Assembly: GCA_040954595.2 (NCBI GenBank)
Contig: CM082587.2
Location: 5,816,206 to 5,880,205, forward strand
DNA length: 64,000 nucleotides
Source: Balanoglossus misakiensis
Lineage: Eukaryota; Animalia; Hemichordata
Reading direction: 5' to 3'
In this document: positions 1-14,100 of the stretch, one piece after another
Position numbering within the stretch: position 1 is the stretch's first letter
Layout of the letters: every line of letters starts with the position of its first letter
Notes under the pieces: generated by a model
What the model saw: only the letters and a program-made list of their open reading frames with translations
The model's database searches: none
What the model was told of the DNA's origin: nothing
Program-made: the position numbers and the translations under genes

Positions 1-4
1 AGTT

Positions 5-58
5 GTATGACGTGTATGTGTACGCATGTAGCGTATGACGTGTATGTGTACGCATGTA
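5..58. repeat. Short tandem duplication (26-bp core, 28-bp period)
   Basis: GTATGACGTGTATGTGTACGCATGTA occurs at 5-30 and 33-58. Confidence 0.85.
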
Positions 59-2349
59 TCAACGCCCCGTGTGCAGTAGAACGCACGACTTCTTAATATC
101 AAAGCTGACTCTAAATGAGAACAGCTGAAGATGATTCCACCTATTGTAAAGCAATGTCAGTCATTTATACTATCTGAACTTTGGGGTTTCCGAAAATGTA
201 TGATGTACGTTTCCTCTCTTCAACATTGGGATGCGCATTATACTGAACACATGTATACACATATATTCGACATACATATCACTATGCTACCCTAACTCAC
301 CCAACAGTATAGATGTTTCATACACATTCATATTTGAGTGTACCCCATCTATACAGCTCGCTAGTTTTGTTAACCTTTTCTCCCTTATTGCTTTTCATTC
401 GATAGAACTATTCAAGAAAAGCGCAGCTTAATATAAATAACTTGAGAAATACATATTGTGGTAGCTTAGGAGTATATTATTTTGTTATTTATTGTCTTTA
501 TGTATTTAATATTTAACAGAACCTTCAACTTGAGGGGGAAACAGTCGTACCATCAAACAATGCAAGAGTGAACTTAATCGGGTCATTTTCTTTGTGTGTG
601 TTGTAACCAAATTTCTGGCAGCGGATTTTTGGCATTTACTTTTTGTGATATAAAACTGTCTTTTCCTTTTCCGTGTACTTTATTACACTGATGTCAATAA
701 AGTGTCCACTGTTGCTTGATTTAAACGACGTGTCTGTTGAACTTACACTTGTCTCCCCCAGATGATTGCTGCTCATTGCGAGATCTCGCGAGACCTTGTT
801 AATTACATATCAAGTTTTCCTACAAATCCAGCTTTGTAGAAAACTAGAAGAGTGCAGAGTTGAACATAAATTGTAACATTTGTATGTGCTGGGCCAAGTG
901 TTGTTTGTCCTGTGTCACGAGAATGCCACCCTTAGACCCCATAGAAATTGCATAGTCACGCCAAATCTCGCAAGGTCTCGTGGAGTTCGTAAAATGGTCT
1001 ATTTACCATCCTTCGCGGAATTCGTACGAATACCGTAAACATAACAGACCAAGATGGCCTGAATATTCCAAGATATTCAATTCATGGGTCGACAATTCTA
1101 GATATCGCTTTCATTTATTAATATTCACTCTAAAACGGAAATGGCTGAATGAAACCCGAAATATATATCCTCTACGTACGAAGCAAATTGTTTAACCGCA
1201 CAGGAGGAGTAACTTCCTTTGCGTCATTTACTACTGAAGGTAGGTGGGAAGCACATTTACATTTTCTTTGATTGCATGGAATCACGTGTGTGTGTGTGTT
1301 TTTTGGTCAGCGATTGCCGGGGAAATTAAAGTAAGCTTTATTTACAACGCCGCTGCGGGCTGCAGTGACGTTCCCCTGTTTCCAAGGGAGACAATTTCCT
1401 AAGACGGCCTTCCTGGGCCGGCGAATGATGGATGGAAATAGTAAATTGGCGGGGATCTTCACAATTCACTGTCGGAAAAGTACTTCTTGAGCCATCGGAC
1501 GCAGATCTATCGCGCGCTCAGGCAATTAAACAAAATCGGTGACAACTCTCACCAACCGGCACACGGCTGATCCGTCATCTGTATTGTCTGAATGCGAACT
1601 CTTCAGAACAATTAAAAACGACATGTATGATGAAGAACATCTATGTTGAGGTTCTTTGCAGCTGTGGCACATGTCGATTCTTTTATCCGGACCTTTTTTT
1701 ACTTCTATTTTCCTCATTTGTCTGGCCAAACGCTGTATGCTCAACGCCATTACAAGCGTTTCAAGGGATCTTTATCGTACACTATGAGAGTAAGCTTGAT
1801 ATACGAGCCACATGTGACAGTGCTCCGTTAGAAGCAAACTGTCATTTTTCTTTCGCAAGACACGGCATATTTTTTTCTAGATAGGTCGAGTTCTCCTTCT
1901 ACATGTACTTCCGTGAACCATTCGAATTTGACATAGGCCTGCGCGCCCTGCGGTGTGTAATTTATCAAAAAGCTGTTAGTTGGGAGCCCCGCTGATGCAA
2001 ATGCACACTAGATATTGTGTATTCCTGTCCCTGTGTGTCAACACGCATTGATTCCCGGGCTATTCTGGCTGATGGTATGACGACATTTGTTTCCACAACA
2101 AAAGAGCGCGTGATTGCACGCCTGTCTGCAGGGAACTCGACGACAGCGGAAGTGCAGCGAGAGCGGAGGGATTTTTCCCCCCACCATTAGCAGCGCAGAT
2201 TACCGGGACAGTAATTAGATCTCAAGTACCGATTCATCATCTTCGCCCTGAGCCGTGCTCATCACAACGTTCGCATCGGATGCGGACCTGGGGCAACTGC
2301 GAAAAACTAACAACACGGAGGGTTCTATTCATAGCCACGAAAACGATGC

Positions 2350-2364
2350 AGAGAGAGAGAGAGC

Positions 2365-2398
<34 letters not shown>

Positions 2399-2733
2399 GA
2401 GACAGAGAGAGAGGGGGGGGGGGGAGAAAGAGACAGACAGACTCCAATTATTAAAAGTTACATGCATACATACATACATACATACATACATACATACATA
2501 CATACATACATACATACATACATACATGCATACATACATACATACATACATACATACATACATACATACATACATACATACATACATACATACATACATA
2601 CATACATACATACATACATACATACATACATACATACATACATACATACATACATACATACATACATACATACATACATACATACATACATACATACATA
2701 CATACATACATACATACATACATACATACATAC
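2350..2733. repeat. Compound microsatellite (AG)n + (TACA)n
   Basis: (AG)n/G-run at about 2350-2440, then about 270 bp of TACA. Explains the MYVC/HTYI ORFs. Confidence 0.98.
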
Positions 2734-3669
2734 TGTCAAAACAAAACAGATATAAAAGAAGATTCCCACCATATAAGCATTATTCTTATGCGTGGACAAC
2801 ACAAAAAATAACCAGATTTCCTTGTGTGGGTTTATTCGCCCCCGGTGACACCGACCTATATTTAAAAGGTGAGATCTTTCATTCGACCCTCTTTAACAGT
2901 TGGAACGGTAATTACCCTTTTTGTGCACCGTTTGTTTAGAAAGCAGAAGTGTTTACCCTTGCCTGGCAGGCATTTTGGCCAGGTGCCAACTCCAAACACG
3001 TCAGAAAGTGATAACTGGTCTCAAACAGCTACTGTGTGTGTGGTTCACTTCGATCGTGTGTGTTGCCACGCACAGAAAGAATGACGCAGAATCTCAGCGC
3101 GCGGGCTGGTTGCATGCTTCGGGATATCTCTCTTGCTACCCCCTCTCCCCCCAGTCGTAGTGCTGTCCAGACCTGACCTGACCATGCTGAACCGAGAGTG
3201 GAAGTAAAAGTCAATGATAGAGAACAAGAGTAACGTTAACGATTGTTAAGCGGGGTACAATCTGGGGAGAGCCCGGTTACATTTTAGAACTTTCCCCTGT
3301 TTTGCTTGTAGCCAGACAGCGGCCAGGGAACGGTCGGGCGATCACGCACACACCCCCAAATATCGCCGACGTCTCGCAAACCCGGATGTTGTCACTTCTT
3401 GGAACTTATGAACCAATCCGGGTGGCCGTAATGGTAGGGGTGTCATACGTTCGCTTGAAACAACGCCGGAAATGTCGGAAAAGACTTCACCGGTAATTGC
3501 CCACTGAGCTATGCGGTGTTTCTTCGTTTATTGTGTTGATTGAATACTCAAACACCAGTCACATTAGTTGATCGGCTACACAACAGTCGCAAAAAACACC
3601 CTTTAACAATTTACGTCAAACATCATCGCAGGAAGTCGGTGATACCGTCAGACACTCGACTTTCACATT

Positions 3670-3964
3670 TGTTACGATTGTACTACGAATGCATAGAATT
3701 TAAATGGTGGTGGATGAACAATAAGGGTGTACGTCATTAACATATCATTAGCTGTAGTAGCCGTACACCTGGGTATTTTGAATATTACGTAAGGGTTTTT
3801 GATTTTTGACTCTCGGCGACGGCAGTCAAGTGGCGTGAGCCGAACAGAAAACAGACAAGTAGCACTCGGCCATGATATGAGCGACGGGGACTGGTATCTT
3901 GTAATCCACGTGGGAGCTCGGTGTTGAAGTTCAGCACGTCGGGTATGTCCTGTTGGTTTGAATT
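3670..3964 (+). repeat. Dispersed direct repeat, copy 1 (about 290 bp)
   Basis: Highly similar to 10006-10296 (TGTTACGATTGTACTACGAATGCATAGAATTTAAAT...CACGTCGGGTATGTCCTGTTGGTTT), with a few small indels. Confidence 0.95.
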
Positions 3965-5893
3965 ACCTATGTCTAGTCTAAAGTGGTTTGAACATAAACA
4001 ACAACAAAAACGAGAGCTGAATGGAAAAAAAAAACTGTGTCAGGCATTCGCAATTAATAGCTAGATATTACAGACCGATGGACACGTACAATCGGAAAAG
4101 ACATCACACGTTCATAGATTTTGACTCGTGAAGAGACACCTCCAAATTATCAATCACAGGTTGCAGATTTGCTATTGCGTGCATGTATTGGGCAGGAGCT
4201 GAAAGGCTCGACCGGTAATTGACGAGATAAAAAAGTGGCTGTGAATTCTCGGTACCCAGGGAGATGGCGCGTGATATATGCGTGTCTGTCGTGACTTCCA
4301 GCGTCTCGCATTGCGTGGAATGCGGATTAGAAAGGTTTCAGCCACTGGCAATTACTATACCCGCCGCAACTTGAAGATGAGGCGATTATATCGAACCGGG
4401 CACATTTTTTTTTCTCGAATTTATCATTTGTCTGCATATTCTCGTTACTACTACAGCTGCAGAGTTAAAGCTTCATTAGCTGTAACTTTCCGCTATGTTG
4501 TCGGTATTTTTAATTTGTGTATATCTCCATACTTGGTCAAATCCTTGAAGCCTTATGGTATGCCTAGTATTTAGCTTATCAGCACAGCCTTTACGTATGG
4601 AGTCGACAAAATATGATGAATTCAAGTCCGGACAAGAATTCATTTGTCAACAATAACAATCCTATGGTTGTTACGCATAAACGGGCTTATGCTGACAAGC
4701 GAACTTGGTATAGGCTAATAGCATGCAGTTTGGAGTTCGCATAACACGAACCAGAAATGCTAAAAAAATATAGCCAAAAGTTACGACTCGTGTCCCTTTA
4801 ACGTATAAAACGTATCTCGGGCAATAAACCGAGACTGATTCATCGGTCCCCTTTGCCCGTTTAGATCATGTATGTACATTATCACTTGAATGGGGATTAC
4901 CGGCAAACTTCGAACGCTAATCCACTCCAAAACGTCAATCACTACTGTGACATCATAACTGTCATTGGCACTCAGCGCTATGACGTAATCCCGACGCGCT
5001 AAAACAACTATAGTAATAGACCGCATCCGTTTCGTCACTCCGCGCAGACGCGGAGGTTTGAAACTGAAACGGTGTCTCTTCAACAAGAATCTTCATAATG
5101 TCGTGTAATTTACAGGCTGGAGTTTAGCCGGCCATGACTGATAATACACGCGTCCCGCGGGCGAGGTTAATGTACACGCGGGGATTTACTAATACTTGAC
5201 ATGAAGCGGAGTGATCCCATTGATCGGGGAAGGCACAAGATGACAAATGAGGCTTTATGGATACTCTTTTTCTTTGAGATATCATCGTGTCACGTGATTA
5301 CCTAAAGAGCATCGCACGCTCTCCCACGAAAGCGCAGATGTCGTGACAAGATATTACACCGGGTGTGATCTTGTCAACCTCTGAATGCCAGAGTGGTCCC
5401 GTGTGACTGTTCATGACAGCGACGGACTCCGTAATCCGTCAGATTTGCGGAGTCGGAGATACCAACAATGTACAACAGAAGCGCCCTGAAGTTGAAACAC
5501 CCATATATTATATTTTTCCATGTTGCTATCTTTGGCACACACGTATCAGGTAATTTGACGGTCCTTCACTACCAGATGCCAAGGGTAATCAATTATCATC
5601 GTCGCCAAAAGGTCAACATTGAAATGTGACAAATTGCCTTCCACTGTTTTCGCTTATTTCACTAAATTGCGGAATTGAAATCGAAACCCAACAGTCACGA
5701 CGTTTCCTTTTCAGATGTCATCGATATAAGTCTCTTTGAATGTGATTCGAAGTGACAGGTACAGAGATCATACTGGATTCATCCAGTCCATCTAGACTCA
5801 GCTCAAACGAACAATGGCCCACTCCAATTATTTCTGAACTACACATTTTATTCAGCCCAAACTCAAGATATCAAAAAAGATATAAAAACAAAG

Positions 5894-5973
5894 ATACATA
5901 CATACATACATACATACATACATACATACATACATACATACATACATACATACATACATTGATGGGGTTAGGT

Positions 5974-6014
<41 letters not shown>

Positions 6015-6039
6015 CGGGGGGTGGGAGGGAGAGAGAGAG

Positions 6040-6076
<37 letters not shown>

Positions 6077-6135
6077 CATACATACATACATACATACATA
6101 CATACATACATACATACATACATACATACATACAT

Positions 6136-6175
<40 letters not shown>

Positions 6176-6327
6176 ACATACATACCTACCTACATACATA
6201 CATACATACATACATACATACATACATACATACATACATACATACATACATACATACATACATACATACATACATACATACATACATACATACATACATA
6301 CATACATACATACATACATACATACAT

Positions 6328-6400
<73 letters not shown>
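5894..6400. repeat. Compound microsatellite (TACA)n/(AG)n/(AAAG)n/(CAGA)n/(CA)n
   Basis: Directly visible simple repeats. Confidence 0.98.
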
Positions 6401-6402
<2 letters not shown>

Positions 6403-6970
6403 GCAAAATCGTCAGAAACCCCCAAAGACGGCTAAATAACCCAATTATTGAACCAAATCAAAAAGCCTTCGAAAGTTCACCCCCCAAAAAGTATCATGTA
6501 AAACGGCAAACGCACACGTTTTACTATTCAAGGCCGGCGCGGCGCACAGTCCGTCACAAGTCATTATATTTTAGACGATCGATAAGGAACTGATAGCTAT
6601 CAAAACGGGGATCACCAATGATTCGCCTGAGACCGCGACAATTTAAAGACCGTCTAGTTCACGACGACGCCGTCCCACGAGCCGGTGGCTCCAACTGTAA
6701 TTGACGAGGCGTTGCCAAATTATAAGACGATTAGAAATCCCTCGGGGGACATTTGCTGATGAGGGTTTCCAGTTGGATGAGAAGAGAGCGTCTGGGATGG
6801 GAAAACAAGGCTGTACATTCACAGTTACAAAATCATAGGGTACGATGATGGGGAACGACATGTTCGTGATGAAATCTATATTCTGGCTGATCCTATTGTG
6901 TGGTGTCTACTATTCAAGTTGCCCAGGTCATTTTGATCTTGGAACTTTCTTGGGGAAAGTTAATAAGGTA

Positions 6971-7364
6971 ATAAGGTAGTACGCACTTCGAAAATCAAGG
7001 TCTTGAACTTTCTCTAATATTTTTGCTCAAGGCAACTTTATATGAGGATAGTCTCATCTCTTAAAATTGAGAAGAAAAATTGGGGGTGATCGCGCAAAAT
7101 GTTGAGTGACAGAGCAAATGTTCTCAAATTGTCTCCAATTTGAAATTCAGAATGGCCTTCAATCTCTGTGTTAACTCTATGAACAAAATTGTTGGTGATT
7201 TTATATTTTTTTAAATAACCAACAAGACGGTGAACACCCCATTTTCGTTTTTATTTTCTAAACGGTTCCTGACACGCAGTAATTTAGCAAATAATTTATA
7301 TGTTTGGAAGAGCATCAGGTTTTTTTCTAATAAGCTCTCCTCGAGGCGGATGGTACTACCTTAA
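6971..7364. mobile_element. Non-autonomous DNA transposon (MITE), TTAA-type, Kolobok-like
   Basis: Termini AGGTAGTAC...GTACTACCT are inverted repeats, flanked by ATAA (left) and TTAA (right). AT-rich non-coding interior. Superfamily is inferred. Confidence 0.7.
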
Positions 7365-7469
7365 TCAGAGGGCTGAGCGGAAAATACCTTAGCCTCAAGG
7401 CCGTGTAGGAAACGGGTTTGAGCACGCTTAGTCATGTAGCCATGATTTGAGACCTCAGTCAACTGTGAC

Positions 7470-7492
7470 GGACAGAGAGAGAGAGGGGGGGG

Positions 7493-7546
<54 letters not shown>

Positions 7547-7596
7547 GAGAGAGAGAGAGAGAGACAGAGACAGAGAGAGAGAGAGAGACAGACAGA
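7470..7596. repeat. (AG)n/(CAGA)n microsatellite
   Basis: Directly visible. Confidence 0.97.
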
Positions 7597-10005
7597 CTGC
7601 ACAATTCAAAACGATGTCAGTGTGCGAATTATATTATCCGCCAGTCCTCACATATATCACCTTCTGAGTTCAAGAGATACCCACTTGTCGGTGGTTTCGA
7701 GCCTGTGCGTTGCTATCTACTAATGTCGAGTGTAAACTGTTCTCTTGCAATTTAAGGTCTACCCTTTTGTACATTTGTGTCATACCCTGCACGTTTCTGT
7801 TACCGGGCAACCGTAACACGCGGAGGATAGTAACCCACATTAACCCGGATCAATTTCGACGAACCCCGAATTCCACAAACCCGATGCCGGTCACCAATTT
7901 TTAGTCTGTGGTATCTCAAAATCCTGGCTGTAGTGTTCAGAGCGGGCGGGAGCATGCGCACACACTCTCAGGAGAACGGGTGCATGGCTGAATACGGACT
8001 GGCCAGATTTTATTCAATTCCATCATTTATATAGCAACACAACTTGGAATGAGAAACCAAGCTGCTCGCTGCTGACTTGGCGGTGATATTCAACTGAGGC
8101 AGATCAATGTTGCGACCCCCCCCCCCCATACACTAGCAACCAAGGCAGATTCAAAGTATGCATCAGACATATATGCGAAGGCAACGTGGAAAACTATGTC
8201 ACTCAACTGCCCCGTATGTGTAACATTTCTGTTACTTGAATAATTCACGTGATTTTACATGGAGCAAACCGGAAAAATGAAACAAAGCCAACAGACAATA
8301 AAATGGCCATTAAACGTTTGAAAAGTGCGTGGGTGTTTCGGTTAAATTTGCCTAATACTACACTTGCAAAGTGTGCCGTGGGTTTGTCAACAGAAAGCGT
8401 CGATTTGAATTCAGGCTTAGCTCCATCAAAAACCGCAACAGTGTGCATTACCGCATTACAAATACGCTGTATTTTCCGTAATTATGACAAGAACGAATAA
8501 GGCACGGTGTTATTACCAGCAATGAAGAATGCTTTCTGACATTATCCGATTTTATACGTAGCAGATCGATCACACGACAAATCCTTCACGTCAAAGACTA
8601 AAACTAAAATGTTATTTTGCGGCGATTGGGAGCAATATGCCAGAGACTTTATACGACACCGGGAGGCATAATCGTCGAAGGAACAGTTTGCAGTTAGTCT
8701 CGTCATTTTCTGAATCTGTGTACATGTATAGTTTGTCGCGCCATAAAAATGTGAACACTTGCGTGTGTTCGTCGAGAGAAGAAAAGAAATTTCATTTCGT
8801 ACGCCTCTGTTTCCCCTGTCAGGTGTCAAGGGTCGCCGATGTTGACATTTCGCGAAATGATACGGCATCCCCTTTGGCTATTCAGTTGCTATTGTGCGCA
8901 CACGAACGACTGTAAACAGAAGTCGCAAAAACGTCAGTATCTGCACTTCAAGGAGGACAAATCGACTTTTTACAAGGCTCTTATAAACACGCTCGCATTC
9001 TATACAACATCCTTTTGTTGGGAAACACGTCAGCGTTGCTCTTTCACAATTCGCGTGGAATCATTCTGTAGTGGTAGTGAAAAATTCCGCGAGATGATGA
9101 TGGTGCCCTGCCCAGCGGGACACCTTTCGGGGCTTCTAATCGATGCCTTTGTCGATTTGAAACGACTGAAAAGTACACCGCATGCACTCATAACGGTAAT
9201 GGATTGACAAGATATAGAACGTGTAGAGGCCGGTTTGTGGAGATGTCATAGTCGCAGCGCCGGGTAAACAGCCCCAGAATGACGAGTCCAATTCATCGCA
9301 CCAGAAACTCCAAGGGGCTAGTTATCAAAAACGGTGCAGGGTACCCTTTCGATCCATTATTGATATGATGGTAAAAGTCCCCGAGCGCATTGATTTGGGA
9401 CGCTTCTAAAAGCCTGCTATATATATCGAAACAGAAAACGGGGTCAAATGATTTTCACTTTGAAACCTCGAAAATGTGACTGCGATTTGAGAAAGGGGTT
9501 TAACTTCGTGGACGACACAGCTAGGTCTGAAGAAAGAGAAGAGCGATTTAACGAAGATGCGTGAGGGCGCAAATCTACATGATATGCTGGGCCACCTGTG
9601 GCGTTGCACCACCGTGACTGTGAACGCAATCGGATCACATCTGTGATTTGCTATGCGCTGTATAAGCTTGTCTGTCACTAGATTCCAATACTTATTCTCA
9701 AATTTTCAGGATCACGAGGTTCAGCTTGCAATTAAATGTTTCACACACGACAATACTAAATAGGTCAGGGGATTTAACACCATTGCAAAACCACGACCTC
9801 TTTACGGCAACAGTTTCAGAATTGCCTGAAGTCTGCTCTCCGGGAGGTAGACTCTGGCTCGCGAGAATGGGTATTTAAATATGTGTTTCAAGCATCGTAG
9901 AAATGAGGCGATACCCTTTCATTTCCCTTATAAAGATATTTATTTACATGTATTTCTTATTATAAAAACCCATCACGAAAAATACACAATAACGTTTGTT
10001 TGTTC

Positions 10006-10296
10006 TGTTACGATTGTACTACGAATGCATAGAATTTAAATGTCAGTGGTGGATGAACAATAAGGGTGTACGTCATTAACATAGCGTTAGCTGTAGTAGC
10101 CGTACACCTGGGTATTTTGAATATTACGTAAGGGTTTTTGATTTTTGACTCGGCAACGGCAGTCAAGTGGCGTGAGCCGAACAGACAACAGACAAGTTGC
10201 ACTCGGCCATGAGCGACGGGGACTGGTATCTTGTAATCCACGTGGGAGCTCGGTGTTGAAGTTCAGCACGTCGGGTATGTCCTGTTGGTTTAAATT
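10006..10296 (+). repeat. Dispersed direct repeat, copy 2 (about 290 bp)
   Basis: Matches 3670-3964; lies about 850 bp beyond the SLC22 stop codon. Confidence 0.95.
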
Positions 10297-11144
10297 CAGC
10301 GTTGCTCTCGGACTTAAAATGCATGTCTACGCCAGCAACTGTAAGTGAAGTGAACCTGTTAATTTCTTCTGAGAGGACTTCAGGAAAGAACTTTGTGAGA
10401 AAGCAGCACGCCAGCGTGAACCATCGTTGAAGTCCGTATAAAACGTTCAGTCTACCATTCCTGTCTGTAGCCGAGGAACGCAAATTTTCCCTGAGGTAAG
10501 CCTGATACATATTTTCCGAAAATGACTGTGAGGGCGTGTTCCTTATATTCACACTGCAAGCAGTGAACTCAAACTATTCCCGAAAAGAGGTTTCATCCAA
10601 GTCAATCATGATTTAGTTTTCACGTCTTTCTCTCTGTTCCCAAGCATGGCATCCAGAATCCACAGCGGACATTAAAAAGTGATATGTTAACATTGTGTGG
10701 TTGCTTGCTATATTTAGCCGCATCAACAAACGCAAAACACCGGCCCGTTTTCTCACCTTTGAAATAAACAGCCAGTGCCATGTTTGACCCAAGTCTTTAA
10801 TATTCACGAACACCGCCACAAGTTATTGAGCCTAAAACTATGCTGATATTACGGAGTACATGCATGGCTTGGAGTACACGGTGACCTTAACTGTATACGG
10901 TCACCTATTGAAAATTAGGCACAGTTGCCATGGCAAATTGAGATCTTGCCAATCACAGATTTTCAGTGGGTGGCACACGCGAAAACAGAGCGCCACCATA
11001 TACTCTTTAGAACGCTCAAATACGCCATTTCAGCCATATATGGTCGTATGTAAACTGGAGGTGACTGTACACCTTTAACCCTCACTATACAGTTTTCTGC
11101 CCAAGCAAAGAGGGCGGTATTAGTTTTAATGCCAAGCGTACTGA

Positions 11145-14100
11145 TCATTTTATTATCATTGCCTCCATGGGTACCACTTCCTTGTCCTTAACTCGGTATA
11201 TCTCACCATAACCATGACGACCATCCGTTTTTTTCTTTGGTGTCCTGAAATTAACAGAGGTAAATGTGCGGATTATTGTTTTTAGATAAACTTTTTAGTT
11301 TTTGCGGAGGAAAATGTTATATTACACCAACAGACGCAATACGATTGTGAATTTAAACTGTTCTATCGACTAAGGATGAGGAGAAGATTTAAGAATTTTA
11401 TTGATTCAAAATATGCTACAAGTGGCAGCAATTGGGGGACATTAATGAAGTTGACTCACTTTCCGAACCGTTCCCCTTCCTCAAGAGTTTCCGGTAGCCT
11501 CTTTCCGCGCGTTTCCGGTAGAGGCAGGATCAAAATTCCCGCCAAGATGCACGCGGCACCAAACACAACCGGTGGCAGTTTCGCCCAGAGGTTTGCCATC
11601 AGCAGGAGCTGGGGAGCTATGATGCCGCCGAGACGGGCGCACATGGAGCACAGACCAATGCCGACGGACCTGCAAAAAATGGTTCCGTATACTAAAGGCT
11701 TGTGACTGTTGACATAGATGGCTTTATCTGTAGGGCAGATTATGCAAATAACCCGTTCCGCGTCATGGAGGACGGCATAGGCCCGTGTGCAAAGGTCCAC
11801 CACCTGGTTTGGCGTGTGAATTGCCAGACTTCTCAAGTGTTCAGAAATCTGGCAAATTTCGCCGCCATGCAGCTACCCATGATATAAAATGAAGTTGACA
11901 CACGGTAGAAAAATATGGATAATAATAGCCAACAGTTAAGTTACTGGGGCTTTAACACTCACCTTAATGGGGTGGGGAATAGTTCAGCCGAGTAGACATA
12001 CACCATCCCAAAGGAACAAGTGACTGAAAATTTGCTGACAGTGGCCAGTGTTATTCCTATCCAAACAGTATCGCCACCTTGATAAAAATGAAGGATGCTT
12101 TCATCATATTTTGAAGGGCGTTTTGAGCAAAAATCATGATACAATGTAGTATATAATTACAAAACTTTGAAAAGGCAGTGGTGGTATATGTATACGGAAG
12201 GCATGATTGTTAATGTTCAATCGGCCTACTGAAAGTCAAAGCAGTCTAAAAGTTTTGGGGGATGTCAAAAGTAGGCTTACAAAGATGAACGAATGCTTCG
12301 GTCAAAGTAGAAAACGTGTAGACGTAAATTCTAGATTTACAATCATTGACAGCATACATATCTCTGATAACCAGAAGCCTACATCCTAACGTATATTACA
12401 ACTGACGAGGCCGGACAAGTGCGGCGTCTGTTATACTTACACGGGGGCACAAATGCGGCGCAGATACACGCAATCCCGCCGATCACCATTGTATAGAACA
12501 TCGACCAACGACGGCCAAGTCTCCGCCAGTCCATAATGAAAACGCCCAAAAGGTAGGCTGGAATTTCAACAGCGCCCGCTACAAAACAGTTGATGTAGTC
12601 GTTGCCGCCGAGGTTGGAAGTGTTGAACGCAAGACCGTAGTAGACAAGGGTGTTAACAAACCTGTATAAGAATCAAATACGCGAGATTGGAATTTAAAGG
12701 GCGATAATCGTCTTGTGCGCATGTGCTAAACCAGAGACTCTGGTTACACAAAATGCATACAGTCAATGCCATAAGGCAGCGTCCTCCTTCTCCTTCAATG
12801 TATATTTACCAGTTATAAAACAGTATAAGAGTCTTCTTTCTCATGTTTGGCAGACGGAAGAGATCAAGGAAACTTGCTTCTTTCTGATTTCCTTTCTGGG
12901 ACTCCTGCAAAACGCACAGAATAATCATTTGTGCATAAGAAATACATATGGCACATGAAACCCCTATCTGACAAAATCAATGCATTGAATCCAATGGATT
13001 GTCTTTGGATAAGATAAACTTTTGGCACGATTTAGCCGTGACATTACAAGATTGCAATTCGCCGGTTTTAAATTGACAGAGACAGAGAAAAACTTGCGTA
13101 TTTCAAGTCGTTTTGGATGAAAAAAATGGAACATACCACTTTGCCGCTCACGGTCTTTTTAAGGGGGTTCCACTGTTCACTGAAGATGTCATCTGGAACC
13201 GGCACCTTGTTGACACGTCCACACTTTCTGATTATTCGCTCGGCCTCTTCGTTTCTCCCGACAGAAAGTAGCCATCTTGGTGACTCCGGGACAAGCCTTT
13301 AGGAAAACCACGTACAGGAAAAGCTTAAAAGTACAGAAATATTTCAGCCAAAGAAAACAGATTCTCACAGCCTCTTGTAGTTTGTTATCCTGGGCTGGTT
13401 TGGTGCTGATCTGACCTTTTCTTTGAATTTATTATGAGTGAGGATTCTAATACTAGTACTTAAGACCCCAGGATCGTAAACAATGAACACCTAAAACACG
13501 GTGATAACAGCGCCCCCTGGAGCATCGGGTTTCAAGGTTACAATAGGTGCAAGGCATGCTGGGTGTGGACGGCGGCCATATTTGGCGTTACACGTGGTGG
13601 CGTGTCACAAGTATAGATGTGATGCCGATCACCGAGAGAACTTTAAGTCATGCCCGGAACACAACACTCTGGCGCTGGAACAGCCTTATTTGTTTGTTTA
13701 AAAAGGTGACTTGTATTCCAACTTACCACCAGTATGACAAAAAGAGAATGGCTGGAACTGTTAGTACCAGTTGCAAAACTTGCCAATCTCGTATCAAGTA
13801 GCCATATAAAGCCAGCAACATGTACCCAACTCCAAAAAACATCGAATACGCCATTCCTGCCACCGTTCTCTTTGACGGCCCAACCATTTCAGTGGCTGAT
13901 ATAAAAGAAAAAACACGACAGGGAGATTTACTTTGTGCCATATGACGATAATTTCTAAACATCTGCTTTCATCATGCTTAAGAAATAAAAAAAATATTTT
14001 CTTTCAAAGTTCTATTGGACGATTCACGCGAAATTGAGAAAATGTCGACGTTATTCCTCCTTTACGGACGAAAACGTGGAATCTCCTGAATTATAAGAAA

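Noticed and set aside
2237-2939. Long ORFs rich in MYVC / HTYI / ER repeats (also 5752-6593, 7361-7755, 50282-50917)
   Set aside because: Translations of stop-free microsatellites; no coding signal.
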